Source: Takakia lepidozioides
Lineage: Eukaryota; Plantae; Bryophyta
Direction: 5' to 3'
Length of the DNA stretch: 64,000 nt
NCBI GenBank assembly: GCA_030704615.1
Contig: CM060732.1
Coordinates: 41,354,001 to 41,418,000 of the forward strand
The position numbers and the translations under genes were made by a program. Shown piece after piece: positions 1 to 12,840 of this stretch; positions within the stretch are counted from its first letter, which is position 1; each line of letters begins with the position of its first letter. The notes beneath the pieces are model-generated. The model saw only the letters and a program-made list of their open reading frames with translations, was not told the origin of the DNA and ran no database searches.

Positions 1-1485
1 GTGAGTGTTGAGGAGGGCTCATCTTCTTGTAGTTGAGTCTCCATGAGCCTCTCTCACCTCCATAGCTCTAGGTATTGAGAAGAAGTGTGGTGAGGGCTTT
101 GTAGGGTGGATTCCCTTAGCAAATGTGCCCTTGGCTTGACTTAGTTTATGTGATTGAGTAGATTCATGAGTGGAGTGTTTCCCTTGTGTTCACTTTCATT
201 ATCACTACAAGAAGATGACCTTATGCTTGTGAGTGCGGAGTGTAAGGGTTAGTTTAGCACTTGTGTGTTGAAGAGCTTGGGAAGATAGCTCTTGTGTTGC
301 AAGGTGTTGCATATATTGCAAAGGAAAATCCTTGTGGTGTTAGGGCTTTGAGAGATATTGCTTTGCCCTAAGGAGGTGGAGAGCTCAAAGATGGAGCTCT
401 TGTAGATCACAAAGGTTGCAAGGAAAGGTACTTGTGGTGTTACACCAAGGTGTTGGGGAGCTCAAGAAGGAGCTTGTTTGCCACAAGATTTGCAAGGTTT
501 GCAAGAGGGAAGTCTTGTGTGTGTGGAGAGCAACTAAAGGATTGTTAGTGCTCATTTCACTATCAATCTAGGGTTAAGCAAGGTCAATTGTGGATGTTGT
601 GGAAGAGAAGCCAATGAGCTACATAGGCTTGGGCTTAAAGACAACAAAGGCAAGCACTTGGAGAGCATTATGAAGCTCAAAAGGTTTGAAGGGAAGCATA
701 TGGGTGAAAATTCTATCCATGATGATGTGAAACCAAGCCTAAAGCATTAAAGAGCTTGGAGCACATGTATAAGATCATTGGAGGTGGTCTTCATGAAGAA
801 AAGAGATTGTGGCTCAAGGCATGCATAGCAACTTCAACCATACATTAGCAGGTGACAAGACAAGGAAGGGGAAGGTGAAGCTCATGTATTCATTCCCTTT
901 TGGCTTAAGTTCTGTGGTGGATGGTTGATCAAGCAAGTGATGCTTATGTGGAGCATGCTTCCCAAGTGTGGCTTCCAACTTCAAGCTTGAAGAGAGCTAG
1001 AAGGTGAAAGGAGCAAGTTGATTCCCTTGTGTATGAGGTGATGCATGTGTGGAGCATGCTTTTGGCTTGAGCTTTGCAATTTCAAGCTTGAGAGGAGTGG
1101 CTCTTGAGCTAGCAAGTGAAGGGAGCTTGAATGACCAAGGCTCGAGAGGAGAAAGGCTTGGTGGCTTGCCTAAGGAGGTACAAGCTTGATTTTGAGTTCC
1201 AATGAGAAATTGAGCTTGTTGTGTGGCCAATGCATTGCTAGTTGAGTTGGAGACAAACTTGAGTAATTTAAGGTGAAGAAGATCAAGGGAATTTGCCTTG
1301 GTACCCCATAGAATTCATGGATGCTTGAGGGGATTAAGCATAGAGCCCCAAGGAGCACAAACCCTAGCTTGGTAAGGCTAAACCTCAAGCAAATAGAGGG
1401 GGAAGTGGCTAAAGCTTAGGGGGAAATGGCTAAACCCAGGGGGGAAATGAACTATTCTATGAGGGGGAAATGGCTATTCCTAAGC
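1..1485. repeat. Degenerate retroelement-like remnant (no intact ORF)
   Basis: Stop-ridden sequence rich in GAGCT/CAAG, with short internal repeats. One IVAQG stretch (~806) loosely resembles copia RT RLVAQG. Four GGGGGAARTG purine tracts at 1398-1475. Similar-looking sequence occurs reversed at ~20560-20700. Confidence 0.3.
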
Positions 1486-1486
1486 A

Positions 1487-1525
1487 GGGATGCCTCGGCG
1501 TGAGCCTGGTCACGTGAGCGCGTGA
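1487..1525 (+). repeat. Terminal inverted repeat, cargo-side end of copy A
   Basis: GGGAT-GC-N4-CGTGAGC...TCACGTGAGCG, similar to the ends at 15317 (reverse) and 29486. Confidence 0.6.
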
Positions 1526-2182
1526 GCGCAACTGCGCTAATGCCACGTCACTTTGCGCAAATGCCACGTCACGGGGCTCACTCCACGTCATCACACGTGA
1601 AGGCCGCGTCACCACGCGCCCAGAAAGAAGTGGAGTGTATTCCCGCGGATTGGCACCCTTTACCGCGGAAACAAGCTGGACGACATAATAAAAGGCATTG
1701 AATAAAGGATGGATGAATGTACAGTTGGATGATAAACAGATGGATGAGTGTGAAAAATGAATGTAGATGGATGAATGAGGGATGGATAAGAGTAAAATGG
1801 ATGAATGTATAATGGATGTTGAGCAATGACAAAAATTCATGACATGAAGATGCATGACCAAAACTTTTGACGAATGCACAACGTATATGAAATGAGTGTG
1901 GAAGGTTTGTGGGGTGGATTAAAGAGTACAGAGGATGAATGTACAATGGATGTTGAACAAAGGAAAAAATTCATGAATGGAGCACGCATGAATGCACTGT
2001 AGATGAATGCACAATGGATATGAGAAGAGTCAGGGAGGTTTGTGAGATGGATTCATACATATTGCAATTTAAATGAAAGTTGATTCTGTGATTATTATTT
2101 GTTCTAAAGGAACAACTACGGTGGAGGAAGGGGATTCAACGTTTTCTAGATAGTATGAAAATGAATATTAAAATAATACAAT

Positions 2183-5100
2183 TCAGTCTGACTCAGAGTC
2201 AGTACAATGTATCCCCGCTTCCTCTGCATCTAAGTCTATGTATTTTAGAACACCGGATCCACGCTGGATACACCTACTGCTGGCCACTAAAAAGTCAGGG
2301 GATAGGGACTCGGCCGCGTGAAGTGTCATTGCTTCGGCATAAACAGGAAGCAGAAAATTGGAAAGGGGGCTGTCGAAAACAGACTCGCCAGAAATGACTG
2401 TATCTCCTGAAGATCCACCGCTGCTTTTCCTGAAAGACAACCTGAAAAAGTTATTACTGTAACTTTGATGTTATTGAGAAATTGAGTATGGCTCCCAAAG
2501 AGGGTTTAGCACTTACTCACATGAAAAGTCGTTGTCGGCCTGCTTATCTTCGGGATCGTCATCATTTTGAATTTGAATCCGATCAGTCTGTGTGCCTGAA
2601 GTGGAGCCAGACAAAAGGGGGAGGAGCACTGTGTTGTAGAGGTCAGAATCACCCTCCATGCCAAAAAGGCTTCTTCCGCCTGCCTTGCATGCATAGTAAG
2701 TTGCTCCTGCACCACACAGGAGGACATGAACAGTTTGGTGGGGGGGATTTAAGCAGATGAAACTGTTGAAAGAATACCAATTCGGAAGGGAAAGAACGAA
2801 CCTGTGGACACAGAAAGATTGACCACCCGTGCAGAGCGGTGGCTGCATGACTCCAGCAGTATTTGCATAAACGCTGGGGACTTTTCCTTTGCACCTCTCC
2901 AGGGAGTGCCATCTGGTCTCTTCAGAGTCTGACTGGACTGCATGAAGTTGTACAAAATGTCATCGACATGGGGCTCATAGGGGGGGTTGACGAAACAACC
3001 CTGGTCAGAAATCTCAAAGCTGCGGATGGAGGATGGTGTCTTTGAGGTGCGAATCCTCCGCAGGCAGATCGCCTCGAACATCCTCGTCTGCCAAAGATAG
3101 CAGGTTAGTGTGGTAAACACAATCTATAGTGGAAGTGTGTACATCGGCTATTCAGAACTCAGACACAAAAAAATCATTTTTATCACGAATCGGTGATGAT
3201 CGTTGTCGATCATAACAGATTCTACTAGAGTGGAGTTGCAGAGAACATTGAAACTCATCATGAAAGCACAAGCAGAAGGGAGACGGCATACCAGCTGACC
3301 AGGGAAACCCCCTTTCACAAGGTAGAGGCTGTTCACACAATTCCATGTGCGCAAAACTTCAAACCCTGAAGACTTGAGGTATGATGCCAATGTTCGACGA
3401 CTATCATTGTCACATGACTGAGAAAGCAGAAGTGTCCCTGCATCAGAGAGGAAGTTATTACAGAACCCGAACACCCAACTCCAGTAGTTGTCCTCGAATT
3501 TGTTCCAGCCTGGCGTCTTGCCTTTTGGAAGAACTTCTGGCACAGCCTGGCCATCCAGAGAATGACAATGTCGGTGCATAAGTTTTCTGCACACTGCACA
3601 CGAAGGTGGGACCTGTGCTCACCTGCAACAGACATGTTTTTTATAAGAACGAAAGCAAGAATGTTTTCAAAGAACGAGACTGAAATACTGCCAACGAAAC
3701 TTTCAGCGAAAAAGGAAAGAAACTGGAATTCTCACCAGATTGAGGAATGAGATTATATTGTCCCAGGTAGGCGATGGCACCCCAGTGTATCCTCTCTTTC
3801 GACTCTGCATCATCGACAGCCAACCCTCATTAACAATTTTCATCTCTCCTGCCGAATCAGAACGGGAAGGGTGTGGCTTGGCATCGAACACGCACTGAAC
3901 AGTGCGGGTATATCTTCCAGCAGTAAAGTCCTGCCCACTCTCCATCTCCTTTTCTTTCTCCTTCCCCTTGTCATTTTCCTTCTCTTTGGACTTGTCTTTG
4001 TCCTTTTGGCTTTGCTGGTGAGATGGCTATGACATCAACAGCCTTGTCTTTTGGTTTGCGGCCCGCCTTCTTTCCCTTCTGCGGCGTTCCTTGAGCATCA
4101 GGCTCCTTGGCAGCCAATGTTGCTATGTTTCGTTGGTACTCTTTGTCAGTCAAAGGCGCCAACATCTCAGCGTTATTGTTCAAGTATTTCATATGCTGTT
4201 CTTGAAAGGTCGTGTGCTCCGGTGGGCAGTCAAGGTACCACCCACAGTCTCTGAAGTGAGAAGGACTCCAGTCCTTCAATATCCCTGCAGTATACATGGT
4301 TGGATCGTTTGCAGGGTCCGACCACATGTCAAGATAGTCTGGAATTCCGCTCAGGTGATTTCCTTCCATAAGCACATATTTCGTGTACCTGAAAAAAAAA
4401 GATAAATCCCAACCCACAAAAGCACTCAGTGAGTAAGATGCAAGTAGAACAGAATGAAAAAAACATAGATTGAAATGGCTCTGAGAACTGCTCCAAGGAC
4501 CTTTCAGGACCACACGAATGCTCCAGATGTGAATGTCGTCAACACCATTCAAAACATTCCATTCAATGATATTGTAAATACACCCTAATCCAGGTGAATG
4601 CAAACTATCGTTTTGGAATGACACAGACATAGAAGTGAATGTCGTCAACGACATTCACTAATCAAGCCTAATTATTCATCAAATGACGCAAAATCACAGG
4701 ATGGAAATCATAAACTCGAGTAAGGAACCCTCCAGGAAAACTCAATGCACATTCATAACGAACATATCACTGAGGACCTCACAACAACACTGTATGTGAA
4801 TGGCGTCAACGCCATTCACAAAAATACCAACAAGGAACCAATTACTTGGCTCCCAATCCATGTAAATTCAAATTGTCGCTAATAATACAGACACAGAAGT
4901 GAATGTCATCAACGACATTCACTTTGGATTTCTCATAACACAGCTTATCAAGCCTCCAGATTCCTCGCAAGAGGCAAAAACAATGCAGAACAACTGAATG
5001 TCTGCATTGACATTCAGCAATATGAAGTGAGGAACCCTCACTGTAACCTCTATGGACATTACAAAATTTACATAACTCTGAGGACCTCTCAACAACTCCG

Positions 5101-5517
5101 GATGTGAATGTCGTCAACGCCATTCAAGGACATTATCAATTCTAATGAGGGACACTATAATTACACCCTTAGATCCTAACCAGGTGAATTCATATACTCG
5201 CTTAAGAATGACTCAGACAAAGAAGTGAATGTCGTCAACGACATTCAATCTGGATCTATGATTGCAATCCTTATGAAGCCACATTTTTTCCCAAAAAAAG
5301 CAGTAGAGTTTCAAGTATGACATTGCACCTGTACACAACTCGCATCATGGCCCACTCTCCTCCAACTTGACTGTCAAAGTCGTTGGACCGTAAAATGTTA
5401 CCATCTTTGGAGAACTCCCGGAAAAAACAATATCTCCAGGTGAGACCTCTCCACTTCCTTATGTATGCCTCCAATGACATTTGGAGAGGGGAAACAATCG
5501 AAATGTTCAGGTCTGTC
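2183..5517 (-). pseudogene. 3' half of spliced ParB-MTase cargo gene, copy A, including a beta-class N4C/N6A DNA methyltransferase-like domain
   Basis: Exons ~5517-5329, 4388-~3737, ~3623-3290, ~3110-2801, ~2710-2518 and a likely last exon ~2440-2183, with GT-AG ends where checked. Motifs TDIVIL..DG (motif IV position, frameshifted here), FLSDAGTLLL, GFEVLRTW, then KEKSPAFMQILLESCS..ARVVNLSVST/GATYYACKAGGRSLFGMEGDSDLY (motifs X-I-II). Colinear with 30202-32471. Contains an internal stop and frameshift. Confidence 0.75.
4529..5248. repeat. Intronic palindrome array A: 6 x GTGAATGTCGTCAACGACATTCAC
   Basis: Copies at ~4529, 4635, 4796, 4899, 5104 and 5225. 11-bp arms around a central CA. Spacers alternate short and long and are more diverged than the palindromes. 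Degenerate copies at ~5535, 5612, 5735 and 7530. Confidence 0.9.
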
Positions 5518-5798
5518 CGCCCTAAACTATACTGAATGTTGTTGCCGCCAATCACTTGCACATAGATGTCATTACACAACACCGATCCAGCAGGTCGCTA
5601 TCTTTTGTGATTGTCGTTAACGCCGTTCGCTATCGCTCTCGCTTTTGTTTTGAATACGGTAGTATCAGCTTTGCTTGTGTAGATTGTGCTGAATTGTTTC
5701 ACACCATTCATAGTGAGTTTCTTTGAGATAGAGTGATGGTCGTTACCGCCATTCACTATTTGCAAATTACTCAGTCAGAACTGAATGGCATCGTGCAG

Positions 5799-7348
5799 AA
5801 AACTGTGAGGTCGAAGCCTACAGGATCAGAGGGGAAAGGATATGGAGATGGGGACGAGTCCGCAAAAAGCTCAGAGAATACAGATGAAGCAGATGAATCT
5901 GAAGTGCACTACCTTGACAAGGTGAAAGAACTCATGTCATTCCAGAAGGTAAACTCTCAGGAGGTTATAAGGGACATGCTCGTATCTGGAGGGCGTCTGG
6001 ACATCCCTCTGTGCCGGATGATATCAATGCCTGTTGTGCGTCCACCTCTTTCCCATGACATAACAAAATTGGAGAGTGATTTTGTGCATGGATATAGACT
6101 TGGTGCACAAGTTTTTTATGTGTCACTGACGGATATAAATGGGAAAAGCACATTAGTGTCTCCAGAGATCAGTGATAACTGGGATGAGTGCTGGAAAGAT
6201 GCCAATGAGGAGTTCGAGCTGGGCCTCATGATGGGAAAGAACACCCAACAATTCTGCAACCACATGTTCTACGTCTGGGACGGCAACCACCGATTGCTGG
6301 CATGGATGGGATACATTCAGAAACACCATGCGAAAGACAAAGACAAGCATGTTGCTCTGGAGGCAACGGTTTTGGATCCTGGAAACGACATCGCTAGGCT
6401 TCTTACAGCTATGCACGACGTGAACAAGTAAGTCATCCAGGAGATTTCATTCCCTCTGTAGTGTCTTATTAATCCTCAAAAAACAGTGTTAAGGAATGCA
6501 ATGTTTCCAATGTTTTTGCAGACGATAGAGAAATCGCATGTGACAACAAGCTTGGTTCACACACTATTCCGAATTCAGAGGATTGGTCTGATGAAGCTGG
6601 ATAATTTTTGGACAGTACTACCACCCAATATCATCAAGAAGTGCGAAACAGGAAGAGCTGCAGGCACTTGGTATTCTTTGACACGAGAGGCGTTTCTGGA
6701 GTACATGTATGCGGTAAACCCGAGTCTGTACTCTATTTACTTTTCGAATACATGTTTGTAGTCCCTTCGGAGCTAATCACTACTTGAATCAATGCAGCAA
6801 GAACTGGCAGAGGCAGCTGAGAAGGGAAAATCCGAATATTACCGCACTACACCAGAGGAACTAAGGACATCAAAGGGTGTGGAAGCTGCAATAAAGAAAG
6901 AGTTTGAAATGCGAAGAACCAAATTGATGTCCGCCTTCGGAAAGCAGCTTAGAATAGTAGATCCTGGACTTGGTCCTGAGTTCCTTCAGCAGATCAAAAC
7001 ACACTATGACAAGCATGTGCATCCGGAGATGCAGCAGGAGAAATTGCACCGGCTGGCCATATCGATGGTCGACCCACAAACAAAAATAAGGTGGCTGGAG
7101 ATATGGAACTCAGATCAAACAGTAAAGGACTTGAATCAGTTCCCAAAGAGCACCATACAGCCTGGCACAAAGGTGGAAGGAATCAGTGATTTGGTGTTTG
7201 ATAACTGGCTACATTTTGGAGTCAGGTGTGTATTCAAACATGCCGTTTTCTTCTCTTCAAGTATGTGATGAGTATCTTATTTGCAATTCTGACAAATATA
7301 CTATTTGCAGCTCGAAAAGCGCGCCGTCATTGTGCTGGATCAGACTTT
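5799..7348 (+). pseudogene. Inverted middle exons of the copy A cargo gene: ParB/Srx-like domain plus helical region
   Basis: Exons 5799-6428, ~6521-6713, ~6798-7225 and 7311-7348. Contains VRPPLSHDITKLESDFVHGY and FYVWDGNHRLLAW. Exon-for-exon homologous to 33963-32471 (minus). A small deletion near 7207 shifts the frame. Confidence 0.8.
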
Positions 7349-7802
7349 AAAGGAAGTGCAGATTATTTAGATTGACTCCACTGTGATTACCATCGCCAGC
7401 ATGGGAAGAGGAAGGACTGCTTGAAAGGCAATCAGACAGACTGTATGGTCTGAACAACGATGATTGACGGTATGCCGACCCTCACTCTCTCTTCAAACAC
7501 ATAGGTACATAAATCTCATGAGGAGAATCGAATGGCGTTAACGACGCTCGCAATTCAGTAGTTCCTGCTAAAGAAGGGAAGAGGAAGGACTCCTTGAAAG
7601 GCAATCAGACAGACTGTATGATCTGAACAACAGTGAATGACTGTACCGATAGTCACCCACTCATTGTGCGGTAAACCCTTAGCAGAGGAGTAGAAAGCAA
7701 ATCACCTTTGTGATGGTCGGTAGCGACAATCCCTGTCTGGGACATTCCACTCAATCTCTACGCATATCTTCAACAATGAAATGTAAGTTAGATAAAACTT
7801 AC

Positions 7803-8198
7803 TGGCGCCTTCTTAGGTTTTGAAATTGGATCCCCTTCTGCAGCTTTCCTCTTCCCTCTCACATCTGCTGGAATTTCTGTCTGCTCTAGGGTTTCTGGAC
7901 CTTCTCCCGGTTCCGCGTTCCGCGTGCTTCCACCTCCTTCAGTGTCCCTACGAATCATCTCTGCCTCCACAGGCTCGCGCACTCTTATCACCGACTGTGT
8001 CACAGCTGCTGCCTCAGTCTCCGTCTGCTCTTCTGAATCAGTCTCCGCGTTCACGTGCTGCCTTGGCCCTCTGTTTTCCAACAAACGACGCCTCGTCATT
8101 TGCTCTCTTGCTCTGCATCTCTCTCTAAGGGAAGTAAAATAAAGAGACTTTCTTCTCTTTTGTATTGTAGAAGGAACCCTCTCCAGCTTGACTACCAC
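7803..8198 (-). pseudogene. First exon of the copy A cargo gene (basic then acidic, NLS-like N-terminus)
   Basis: KRRKSLYFTSLRERCRAREQMTRRR...KRKAAEGDPISKPKKAP followed by a GTAAGT donor at ~7802. Homologous to 12841-13279. Confidence 0.6.
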
Positions 8199-8955
8199 TC
8201 TCTCTCTCAGCGCGAAAAGTAGAAAAACGCAGTGACTCCCAATTTCTTGCGGGATTGCCTGCGTTCTTGCGTGTCTCTAGAAGCATTGGATTCCCTCTCG
8301 CGTGACCGTTACACATAGTCGTTCCCTTATTAGTGCACATGCCAGCAATTGGTGTACAGCTGTTCGTATTCAGTTATGGATGTCTGACGTGTGTCGCCCA
8401 AAATAAACGGCGTGTTCTTTATTAGAACGGTTTCAATATTTAAAAATAACAGCGAATCCCAGAAATCTTAGCGCACAGTCTTACACAAATAAATGTAAAT
8501 GAACGAGAGTTTGATGACAAATCTTGGAATATCATACACGGTCATCCTTGTTAGCCAAACCCCACATTCGTTTCACATTTGGAACTTTCCAGGTGCGCAT
8601 GATCATTGGTAGTAGTATAAAGATACATTTACTTAATCTGCAATCCCATCCTCAGATCCTGTGGCATGCTTCCAAGAAGTCGGCTTTGTTATTGGGTTTA
8701 TTGATGAGGTTCTGGTTAGCGATTTAACAGCTGCCGACACTGCTCCTAGGGATACTCTGACCACTGGGCCCACAAGAAAAGTAATTAAAATGGACGGCTG
8801 CATATCTGGAAAGAATAACATAATATGCACAGTCGTTGTCTGAGCTTCCTCCGCCATATTCTCTGCTCATTCTTCAACTGTGTTCTGGAGACATCAGTAA
8901 ACCGATTTACACTAGATCTGCGATAGCAAGGTACAAACGTACGCGAGGAAGGAAG

Positions 8956-11125
8956 ATGGCTTCCTCTGAAGCGGAGTTCTTCTCTGACGACAAACCAGTG
9001 CCGTTCTCCCAGGAAGTCCTTGACAATGGATTTGCAATTGTTCTGGAACATGTCTTGGCTACCCGTTTTCAGCTGCAGAATGGCTCCATCTTTTTGGAGA
9101 AAGAGGTGTACGATCTTAAAGGGAAGTTGTTGAAATACTCTTTCCAAAACCGTGATGAGACGGCTCATATCAGCCAGTGGAGAGTGCGTCCTGGTCGATA
9201 CAGAGTACTTGGAGAGCCTTGACGAAAGTCCCTTGGGTCATATGTGACGCCCGGGACTGCTGCTTCGGTCGTTGAAGACAAGAGGGAGGTGGTGGTGAAA
9301 AAAGAACAGACGTCCTCCACTCCAATCGTTGAGCTTTCGGATTCTTCCAATGATGACATAAGTGAAATTCCAAATCCAGTCCTTCCTACTGTGATTGGAG
9401 AAGCTGATGAAGAAGAGATTTGTAGTGTCATTCCAAAATTGCGGGCGATGGGATGAATGGCTGGATTCAAAAGTGAGTTGCGGGGAATTGATTGGGAATC
9501 TTTGAAGCAGGTGCCTGTGAAGTTCTTGCCGGAGACTTTTGATGGCGATATCCTATTCGAGTTGCCTCCTCCTCCGCGAGTTGGAGGTGTAACAATCATG
9601 ATGCATGGAATGGACAAGAAACACGACGGGCACCCGTGGTGCAGAACAAAAACATCCAATATTCAGAATGATGACAAGCTTGTTTTCAGGATGACAGTTT
9701 GCAATGGACACCTTAGGTGTGATAATTTGAATTGCAGACACTTTCTTCAATCTGGGGTTCATAATCAAAGCGAATGGGAGGGTCTGGCGGAAAATCCATT
9801 TCAGCCTGGGACTGCCCCTCCACCGGCAAACACTTTCGTCTGCAAATTCTGCAAACTTGTGTCATCCTGCTTGGCGCTCTGCGGAGCAAGAATGTACTAT
9901 GTTGTCCACCGTTTGAAAACAATGACAAGAGCTTGTGTGCATTTCGGATTCCATAACCATCCTGTCTCGAAGGGGGATTACAGGGAGAGTGTTGAGACAG
10001 TATCGAGGTTGATTAAACAGGAGTTCGGGATAAACCCATCCGTAACAACATCTGCAATTGCTCTTGGCGCAAACAAGTCCTTCTTGGAAAGCCATATTTT
10101 GAGTGACGGGGATTCTGTGGGGACTAAACTTGACGGTGCAGCATTGGACTTGGTCATGGATCATTTCTCCACTTTAAGTTCACCGAACATTCGGCATCAG
10201 ATCAATGCATTGAGAATGGGCTCTGGGATCAGAGGCTACATAGACAATATTTTGGAATTGAAACGAGTGAGCAAGTACGATTACATCCAGGACAATGTAT
10301 TCCCAGGTCAAGGTGTCATCAAAGTTTTTCTTTTCAAAATGTCGACTGTTGGGGAGGGCAGTGGGGTTAGCCTCATGAAGCGGATGCAGAAGACTGGGGA
10401 CTTGCATAACTGTTTTCTTATGTTTGATCCTGTGAAAGGAGTGAAGGATTGGACAACAATGGCTTGTCATGTCTACGATCCAGTGTACCAACGAGTTATG
10501 ACAATTGCAGTTTGTGACATGCAATCCGAGGATACGGAATCCCAGAAGCTCATGTGGAATTCCCTGATACGTGTCATGGGCTGCCATGGGCTGCCATCTC
10601 CAAATTTCGCAGGTTTCATGGCGGATAGTGCTCAAGCAAATTTCAATGCTGTTCGTATTGTCTTCGGATTGGGCGACCCAAAAGTTCCAATGCGAGGAAG
10701 AGAGCGTACATGTCTATTCCATTGGACACAATCTCTAGAAAAACATACAAAGTCGGACATCAAACCAGAGATGCAGATTCAGCACCGTAAATTGTGCAAA
10801 GAGTACAAAGATGCTAGAACAATGAAGGAGGCGGACACTTTGTTCCAGACAATTCGTGCCTGGTGGTTCTCTTCTGGAGCTGCATCACTTGAGAGTATGA
10901 GAGCATTGGAAGATTGGCTGGCGTTTTGGCACTTCCGGTATAGACAGTGGGGAGCAGCCATGCCATTGGTACGAGGCTTATATTTATTGTTTTTTCATAC
11001 ATTTGCTTTCCATTTTATTGTGTCCTCGCTTTCTTTATGTTGTTTTCTGTTCACTGTTTTGAAGTGTGGTTCTGCACTTTGCAGAACATGTCCATTGAGG
11101 AAATGACGGACATACCATCTTGCAA
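8956..11125 (+). pseudogene. MULE (Mutator-like) DDE transposase with GCM-like Zn DNA-binding domain, copy A
   Basis: One frame from ATG 8956 with two in-frame TGA (9220, 9454). GCM-like DGHPWCRTKTSN..CNGHLRC..C..CKFC..C..HFGFHNHP. Catalytic core FLMFD, GFMADSAQANFNAV and CLFHW (CxxH). Intron 10969-11084. Truncated after IPSCN, before the expected third acidic residue. Confidence 0.85.
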
Positions 11126-12198
11126 TCCCGAATTGTTTCAAGACTTTCCCTGCAATCCCCTTTCGATACGGGGTGGGCATGATTGCTGAGACGAACACAA
11201 GCTCGGGTCAAGTTGCGAGAACGGTGGAGCACATAGTACATGCCGGCCTTGCATGTGCCAATGCATGTCGGGGTCATTTTACAATATTTGCAGAGCAGTG
11301 TCGTGTTTCTAGGAGGTGGGCATCCCACTTCAAATGGGTTATCCGCGCAACCCTCCCCCTCTGTCTCGTTTGGGGAACCTCTCAACGTCAGGCAGTTGTA
11401 GACTTCATTTCCACAACGGAGGTGCCCAATGCAGACCGATCTACGGAAAGACAAGCCATGAGGGTTATGTATGTTGGTTGTCTTAGTTCGACACCAAGGG
11501 TGTCCATCGTGCTTCTTGTCCATCCCTTGCATGAGTCTCGCCAAACCTCCACATGACGTCGGAGGTGGCAGCTCAAAAACCACATCTCCATCAAATTCTG
11601 CAGGAACGTATTTTGCTCTTACAATATTAATTGTCCCCCATGCAATGCCACGCACGTCACTTCTGCAGTTTGGCAAGCGCCTTTCATAGACTGCAACTTA
11701 GGAATGACACTGCCTATTTCTTGCACATCTAGCTCGTCAACAGAAGATAGGTGTGTTGGAGGGTGGTGGAATCTCGGAGATGTCGTCGTCATCCGAGCTT
11801 TTGGAGAGATCGACAAACGTTGTTGAAGTACTGGTGTCCTCTCTTTTAATTGGAGCAGGTGTAAAGGCCGGAGCCACCGAAGCAGCAGTTTCTGGTGTGA
11901 GTGTTGAACCTGCAGACGATCGTCGTTGATCCCCGTGCACGCGATACGTGCCCGCCGAAACTCTCCATTGTCTAATACGGTCATCGCACACGAATGGCTC
12001 CAGAATCATCATACAGTCGACTCTGCCGGCGGAGTCATGTACTTCTTTCTCCACATGCACAGTTCCAGCTTGCAAATCCAAGCTTCTACAGAGGACATCC
12101 TCCCTCACGGTTGCCAGCCCATTGTTGTCAGGCACTTTGGTAAGGGGGAGCGATTTGAAAGCACAGTAGAATTTTGCCAACTCACCTGTGAGAGCCAT
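11126..12198 (-). pseudogene. 5' part of the paralogous GCM-MULE transposase, copy C
   Basis: EKEVHD, IRQWRV.AGTYRV, DDDISEIP, FDGDVVFELPPP, MQGMDKKHDGHPWCRTKTTN and HAHPVSKGDCRES all match copy A. Frameshifted and truncated at the junction. Confidence 0.85.
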
Positions 12199-12840
12199 TC
12201 GTAAAGCAGAAATGATTACGGGTATAGTGTCAAACAAAGAGTGCCAGCAGTGGAGAAGCGATCCGTACCACTGTGGATAGCATCAAACAACATGCGCGGA
12301 GGGCCCAGGCAGAAATGTCTCCGCCGATGCACGACAGGCAGGATGAGCAGTTTTCATTTCACTGTGCACCAAGCCATCTATCCTCATCCATCTACATTAC
12401 CTGACTGACATGGTATCCTATGTAACCATTAACTGCCTGAATCCAATGGTTTTTTAAGACACCAGCCGTTCAACCACCCGTACATTCTATTCCTAGATTT
12501 GATGTGTCATAACTGAAGATGAAAAGCAGTGTAGGATAAAATTGTAGGACCCATCAAAATTTTGAATGATTAGGGGACGTGGAGAAGACACCACCTCAGA
12601 AGTCGTAACCAAAAATTCTACATATTCACATTTGATGAAAGTTGGCGCATACGCCAATTTTATACAACCTTATTTTGGCGCGACACTGAACGGCCCAGGG
12701 AGGACGTGTCGTGCATGCAGATGCTCCACGCCAGGCCACCACTTCTCCACGAAGCAGGCATCTTGGCGATGTAGGGGCGGCGGAGAGGCAAGTGCACTCC
12801 CTCTTTCTCGCACCACTTTTTTTCCTCGCCCGTTGCAATC

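Noticed and set aside
5733-6431. Bacterial contamination or prophage as the source of ParB and MTase
   Set aside because: The gene has conserved GT-AG introns and is embedded among plant genes and plant TEs.
5584-7341. 9-bp inverted repeat (GATCCAGCA / TGCTGGATC) as inversion breakpoints or inverted TSD
   Set aside because: Joining there gives a stop in the spliced frame and breaks alignment with copy B. Breakpoints at ~5517/7348 restore a gapless alignment, so the 9-mer is probably chance.
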